A DNA stretch of 60,472 nt, the filler included. It is 5 parts of 5 records of this genome, joined end to end, with 100 filler letters (N's around TTAATTAATTAA, not from the genome) between each part and the next. Parts side by side here need not be neighbours in the genome. Positions count along the whole stretch, not along the records: positions 48,596 to 60,472 come from DRR378314_1052; 4 more parts are not named here. One strand, 5' to 3'. Below are positions 55,861 to 60,472 of the stretch, in pieces. Under the pieces are notes generated by a model, which was not told the DNA's origin, did not search any database, and worked only from the letters and a program-made list of their open reading frames with translations. The translations under genes were made by a program, and so were the position numbers. Within the stretch, counting starts at the first letter, position 1. Each line of letters opens with the position of its first letter.

Positions 55861-56928
55861 TCAGGACCTGCGCCCAAACCATTTTCGATAGATGGTTTCA
55901 TAGGTTCCGTCTTCCTGCATCTGCAGCAGCACTTGGTTGGTCGGCTCCACCTTCTCCGAGCCCTGTGGAAAGATGATGCCGTAATATTCCGTCAGGAACG
56001 TGCGGCCCATCACGTGCCCGATCCCGGCCCCCTCGGTACGCACATAGTGGTTGAGCACCGGTGCGTCGAAGACCACGATTCGCGTGTCGCCGTCCTCGAA
56101 ATCCTTCAGCATCTTGTCGAGCCCCGGAAAGGCGACATAGTCGATCTCGCGCCGATCCAGAAAGCCAGCGGCGGTGGACCCCTGAATCGTGCCCACCCGT
56201 TTGCCATAGAGGTCATTGACGGAATTGACCGATCCGTTGATCGCATCCACCGTCATGGCAGCGGTGATCTTCGCCACGAAGACCGACACGACAAAGAGCG
56301 AGGACAACACCAGGAGGACGCCGAAAATTCGCCCCAGGAAACTGCGTGGCACACGTTCCTCAAATCCGCCGTTCACCACCAGGTTCAAAGCCCACCAAAA
56401 AGAGGGGAACCAGGCGTCCTTCAGTGGGCGGTCGAAATAGGGTTGTGCGCGGCGCTCGAACAGCCACATCAGCATGCCACCGACCAAAAGCAGCACAAAG
56501 GCAATGCCGATTGCTGCGAAAAGGTCCCAGGACAACAGCGCCGCCATCAGGCTCGGCTCCGAGACATCGTCCTCATGCAGCATGATCTGCAGCCCGCTCT
56601 CAAAGATCGGCTGGCTGAAATCCATCACCGCTTCGCGCCCTGCCGTTATGGAGACGTTGGCCGCCGCCATATCCGCCTCGCCGCGCTCCACTTCCTCCAG
56701 CATCTGCTCAAAGCTCTCGACGCGTTTGACGCGCATGTCCCAATTCAGACGGCGCGACACCTCGCGCATCAGATCCATGGTGAACCCAACCTCCTGACCG
56801 CCCAGCGGCATCGAAAAGGGCGGGCGGGTCACCGTATTGACCACCACCTGCTCCTGCGCGCGTAGCGGCATGGCGGGCAGGCTCATCAGGAATATAAACA
56901 GGCAGAACCAAAGGGAACGCAGGGTCAT
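55861..56928 (-). CDS. Amino-acid-binding domain fused to a 2TM ion-channel pore (prokaryotic iGluR/GluR0-like)
   Basis: Signal peptide, S1 ([18 protein letters not shown]), M1, pore helix FWWAL, M2 ([15 protein letters not shown]), then S2 (GSTA..FDAPVL..YGI). Confidence 0.85.
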   Translation of the reverse strand: MTLRSLWFCLFIFLMSLPAMPLRAQEQVVVNTVTRPPFSMPLGGQEVGFTMDLMREVSRRLNWDMRVKRVESFEQMLEEVERGEADMAAANVSITAGREAVMDFSQPIFESGLQIMLHEDDVSEPSLMAALLSWDLFAAIGIAFVLLLVGGMLMWLFERRAQPYFDRPLKDAWFPSFWWALNLVVNGGFEERVPRSFLGRIFGVLLVLSSLFVVSVFVAKITAAMTVDAINGSVNSVNDLYGKRVGTIQGSTAAGFLDRREIDYVAFPGLDKMLKDFEDGDTRIVVFDAPVLNHYVRTEGAGIGHVMGRTFLTEYYGIIFPQGSEKVEPTNQVLLQMQEDGTYETIYRKWFGRRS

Positions 56929-56998
56929 GGCGTCAGTCTCGCATGCAGCATCGGATCTGCCTTAGAGGGGAGGAATAGTATTTTTCAAGCCCTTCCGC

Positions 56999-58096
56999 TC
57001 AGGCTGTACGATGTTCCGCGAGAATTGCTGCATCAAAGGCGCGCACGACCGGATATCGGGGCTGAGCATGTTCTGGCAGGCTGTTGCGATCCACATCGGA
57101 AAAGAGGCTCGCTGCCAGGGCCTGACGGTCCCGCCTGAGCCGCCCCAGAAACAGGCTCTCGACACCCAGTCCTGCGGCCACGGGCACCTCATGTCCCGGA
57201 AGGATCACCTGGGTGTAGGTCGTCAGTGGTTTCTGGCGCAGCTCGCGATGAGCGGTGCGCGTGCCAGCCAACATCTCTGCGGGGGCCAGTACCGCCTCGC
57301 ATCCAAAGAGATACTCGACCTCCGATCCCGTCAGAACCATGCGCTGATAGGGGGCAACCACGATATCCTGTGTCAGACCAAAATAGGGCGCACGCAGACG
57401 CACCGGGTGAAAGGCCCCCAGTGCCGGCACCTGCCGTGTTGCCACATGCAACACGGGCACCAGCTCACCACTGGCACAGCGCAGCAAATCTCCGCGCCGC
57501 AGATCTCCGATCCTTCGCAGCCCCGCTTCCGTATCAACAGGCGTATCCGGCGCCAGTCCGGGCATCGGGCCGACCGGCTCCAGATTGCTGGATAGCGCGA
57601 TATAATCGACCCCAGGCGCAACATAGCACTGTGGCACACCGCTTAGCAGCGCCTGCAAATCTTCCAATCGCCAGGGCCGTGGTCCTTCGATCTGTGCGAT
57701 TTCGGCCCGTCCGCCCTCCGGCCATTCCAGTGCCAACTGCCCGCGAAAGGCTGGTGCATCCCAGCTGTAGGTCAGGCGCACACGATCCGCACGGCCCTTC
57801 GTGGTTGGATTCACCGTCTTGTGCAGGACCGTGCCATATTGCTCCAGAACGAGGTTGATCCCGCCACCGGGCACCGCCGACAGTGCAAAGCGCAGCGGCC
57901 AGTCACCGCCGCGCTCAAAAAGGATCAATGGCTCTGGCTTGTGCAGCACAGGCATGGCGACTTCCAACACCAACGCGCCGCGCGCCAGCAACGCATTGGC
58001 TTCCCGCAGCAAAAGGCAGCTGTTTTCTCCCTCCGGCGTCAGCCCGGCCGGGTCGAAATACTGCGCATCACGGTGCCAGAGCCCCAGCCACGTCAT
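56999..58096 (-). CDS. Hint-domain-containing protein (degenerate Hint)
   Basis: C-terminal TPVDTEAG..DLRRGD..PVRLRAPYFGL..GHEV..GLGVESL. The N-terminal Cys position reads PGL. Confidence 0.75.
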   Translation of the reverse strand: MTWLGLWHRDAQYFDPAGLTPEGENSCLLLREANALLARGALVLEVAMPVLHKPEPLILFERGGDWPLRFALSAVPGGGINLVLEQYGTVLHKTVNPTTKGRADRVRLTYSWDAPAFRGQLALEWPEGGRAEIAQIEGPRPWRLEDLQALLSGVPQCYVAPGVDYIALSSNLEPVGPMPGLAPDTPVDTEAGLRRIGDLRRGDLLRCASGELVPVLHVATRQVPALGAFHPVRLRAPYFGLTQDIVVAPYQRMVLTGSEVEYLFGCEAVLAPAEMLAGTRTAHRELRQKPLTTYTQVILPGHEVPVAAGLGVESLFLGRLRRDRQALAASLFSDVDRNSLPEHAQPRYPVVRAFDAAILAEHRTA

Positions 58097-58559
58097 GATC
58101 CAGCCTCCACAACGCCGGAGCACTCTGTCCTGTACCTGTTGCCCGTCATCCTGCACCTCGCCGCGCGTATATGTCGTGCCCCGGGCGGCACGTTGATCGG
58201 CCTTTTGATGCCCGGGGCGTCCCTCAGTTTCAGTCCCGACGTTCCCGGTCAGGGGCCATGCACGGCGCAGAAAAAGGCACATGTGTGACGCATGCCCGAA
58301 GAACCGTAGTCTCCGGCAGGGCGTCTATTCAGTGATATGCTTGACCTGCTCGTCGCGCATGCGGGCGATCTTGTCGCCGCCCCATTCCATGCTTCGGTCT
58401 GTTATTCTCTCCATCCTAGCACGTGCCTTATCACCTGTCAGGGCCATGATTGTCGCGACCCCGCCAGCACGAGCATTTGCGCCACAGACGATGCTGCCGA
58501 TTGCACGAGACCGCCAATTCGCGCTAGGTCGGTGCCCGGACAACTCAGGAGACCTCCGC

Positions 58560-59705
58560 ATGACCGCCACAGACCCCGTTCAGCTGACAGCCGATCTGAT
58601 CCGGTGCCCTTCGGTCACACCCCAAGAGGGCGGCGCGCTGACGCTGCTGGAGCGTATTCTTACCGAAGCGGGCTTCTCCTGCACGCGCGTTGATCGCGGA
58701 GAGGTCTCCAATCTGTTTGCCCGCTGGGGGGACAAGGCGCATGCCAGAACCTTTGGGTTCAATGGGCATACGGATGTTGTACCTATCGGCGACGAGGCCG
58801 CCTGGACCCATGACCCCTTCGCTGCGGAAATCATTGACGGCGTGATGTACGGGCGCGGGGCCACCGACATGAAATCGGGCGTTGCAGCCTTTGCTGCAGC
58901 CGCCATCGACTTCGTCCGCGACACCCCGCCTGACGGGTCCATTGTGCTGACGATCACCGGCGACGAGGAAGGTGATGCCGTGGACGGCACCACCGCGCTT
59001 CTGGACTACATGGAGCAGGCAGGAGAGCAGATGTCCGTCTGCCTTGTGGGCGAACCCACCTGCCCCAACCACATGGGCGAGATGATCAAGATCGGCCGCC
59101 GTGGCTCGATGACCGCCTGGTTCACCGTGACCGGCGTGCAGGGGCATTCAGCCTATCCGCACCGCGCAAACAATCCGCTGAACGGCATGGCACGGTTGAT
59201 GGATCACCTTGGCAGTCACACGCTGGATGAAGGCTCCGAGCATTTCGATGCCTCCAGGCTGGCGATTGTGACCATAGACACTGGCAACCCGGCCACCAAT
59301 GTGATCCCGGCGCAAGCCCGCGCCGCCGTCAACATCCGCTTCAACGAGCTGCACTCCGGCGCATCGCTGACCAAGTGGTTGCAGACCGAGGCGGACAGGG
59401 TGGCGGAGGACTTTGGCCTGAACATCGACATGAAAGTACAGATTTCCGGCGAGAGCTTTATCACGCCTCCCGGTGACCTGTCGGCTTTGGTCTCAAAGGC
59501 AGTTCAAACCGAGACCAATCAAGTGCCAGAGCTGTCCACAACAGGCGGCACGTCCGATGCCCGGTTTGTCAAATCGCATTGCCCGGTGGTGGAATTCGGC
59601 CTTGTGGGCAAGACCATGCATCAAGTTGATGAATGCGTCGACATTGCGCAAATCCACCAACTGAAGTCCATCTACACCCGTATTCTATCGGATTATTTCG
59701 CATGA
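58560..59705 (+). CDS. dapE: Succinyl-diaminopimelate desuccinylase
   Basis: [45 protein letters not shown] and MHQVDE motifs. Confidence 0.95.
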   Translation: MTATDPVQLTADLIRCPSVTPQEGGALTLLERILTEAGFSCTRVDRGEVSNLFARWGDKAHARTFGFNGHTDVVPIGDEAAWTHDPFAAEIIDGVMYGRGATDMKSGVAAFAAAAIDFVRDTPPDGSIVLTITGDEEGDAVDGTTALLDYMEQAGEQMSVCLVGEPTCPNHMGEMIKIGRRGSMTAWFTVTGVQGHSAYPHRANNPLNGMARLMDHLGSHTLDEGSEHFDASRLAIVTIDTGNPATNVIPAQARAAVNIRFNELHSGASLTKWLQTEADRVAEDFGLNIDMKVQISGESFITPPGDLSALVSKAVQTETNQVPELSTTGGTSDARFVKSHCPVVEFGLVGKTMHQVDECVDIAQIHQLKSIYTRILSDYFA

Positions 59706-60124
59706 GCCTGCTCATCTCCGTGACCGACGACCTCGACGCCTGCCTGACGCTGCGCTTCGAGGTCTTTGTGGATGAACAAGGCGTGCCAGTGGAAGAAGAG
59801 CGCGATGCGCTAGACGATACCGCGACCCACATTTTGGCAACACTGGATGGTACGCCAGTTGGCACGGCCCGGGTTGTTTTTCAGGATGATGTCGCCAAAA
59901 TCGGTCGCGTTTGCGTGGTGAAATCGGGGCGCGGAACAGGTCTCGGGGCAAAGCTGATCGAAGCCTGCGTGGCCGAGGTTTGCAAGCACGACGGTGTCAC
60001 CAAAGCCAAGCTGGGCGCGCAGATCCACGCGCTGGGGTTTTATGAAAAACTCGGGTTCGAGGCTTTTGGCCCGATCTACCTCGACGCTGGTATCGACCAC
60101 CGCGACATGATGAAACCTCTGTAG
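59702..60124 (+). CDS. GNAT family N-acetyltransferase (ElaA/YjcF-like)
   Basis: [30 protein letters not shown] and DAGIDH motifs. ATGA overlap with dapE. Confidence 0.9.
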   Translation: MSLLISVTDDLDACLTLRFEVFVDEQGVPVEEERDALDDTATHILATLDGTPVGTARVVFQDDVAKIGRVCVVKSGRGTGLGAKLIEACVAEVCKHDGVTKAKLGAQIHALGFYEKLGFEAFGPIYLDAGIDHRDMMKPL

Positions 60125-60271
60125 GTCAACCGCTTGCGGCGGTGAGCAGCAGGGGCCGAGCTGGCCGCGCGCCCGTCTGACAACGCCCACAATACCTGGC
60201 GGCGTTCCTAATTATTGGTTTCGCTTGCGGAAAAACGTGGACGTGACTGCTGATCGACTACTCCAGACCAC

Positions 60272-60356
60272 CACGGGAGCGCTCCCGCCCGTCCGATTTG
60301 CTTTGAAAATGCAAACCTGCCCGTTGGGCCCGGCAGCGCGCCTGCGGCGCGCTGCC
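60272..60356 (+). repeat. Structured intergenic repeat, copy B
   Basis: GGGAGCGCTCCCGCCCGT..TTTGC..GCAAA..GCCCGTTGGGCCC-GGCAGCGCGCC-TGC-GGCGCGCTGCC. Confidence 0.7.
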
Positions 60357-60426
60357 CCCGAAAACCGCGGCCACTGCGTCTTCGTCGGTCCGGTCTTTTT
60401 TGCAAGACCTCAATGGCGCGCCCCTT

Positions 60427-60472
60427 ACGCCGCACCAAGGGTGCGGCGCCCGGCCCAACGGGAGGGTCTGCA
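60427..60472 (-). repeat. Structured intergenic repeat, copy C (inverted, cut by the window end)
   Basis: The reverse complement reads TGCAGACCCT-CCCGTTGGGCC-GGG-CGCCGCACC-CTT-GGTGCGGCG. Confidence 0.65.

Overview
This window is not one locus. It holds five unrelated contigs joined by artificial 100-nt spacers (44 N + TTAATTAATTAA + 44 N) at 20185, 28013, 41797 and 48496. Contig 1 (1-20184) is intron-rich eukaryotic (protist-like) genomic DNA. Hand-splicing at GT-AG sites gives a choline/ethanolamine kinase, RPS29, a multi-exon orphan gene, a 9-exon pepsin-family protease with an acidic tail, MsrB and COX5B. Contigs 2-5 look like Rhodobacteraceae/Roseobacter-group DNA. Contig 2: rpmB', meaB, hrpB, NUDIX, PiT, a panE-like gene, 'argF. 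Contig 3: 'katG, an AttEFGH-like ABC operon, and a puuR/gabT/nitrilase/large PLP decarboxylase/ATP-grasp cluster. Contig 4: dgcA, dat, an RTX protein, pyk, rpmI, rplT, tRNA-fMet'. Contig 5: hut genes with a HutC-type operator, two Hint-domain proteins, a prokaryotic iGluR-like channel, dapE and a GNAT. The best leads are the puuR-gabT-amidase-decarboxylase-ATP-grasp cluster, the iGluR-like channel with a non-K+ filter sequence, and a structured ~85-nt intergenic repeat found on two different contigs. All calls come from motif recognition; no database searches were run.
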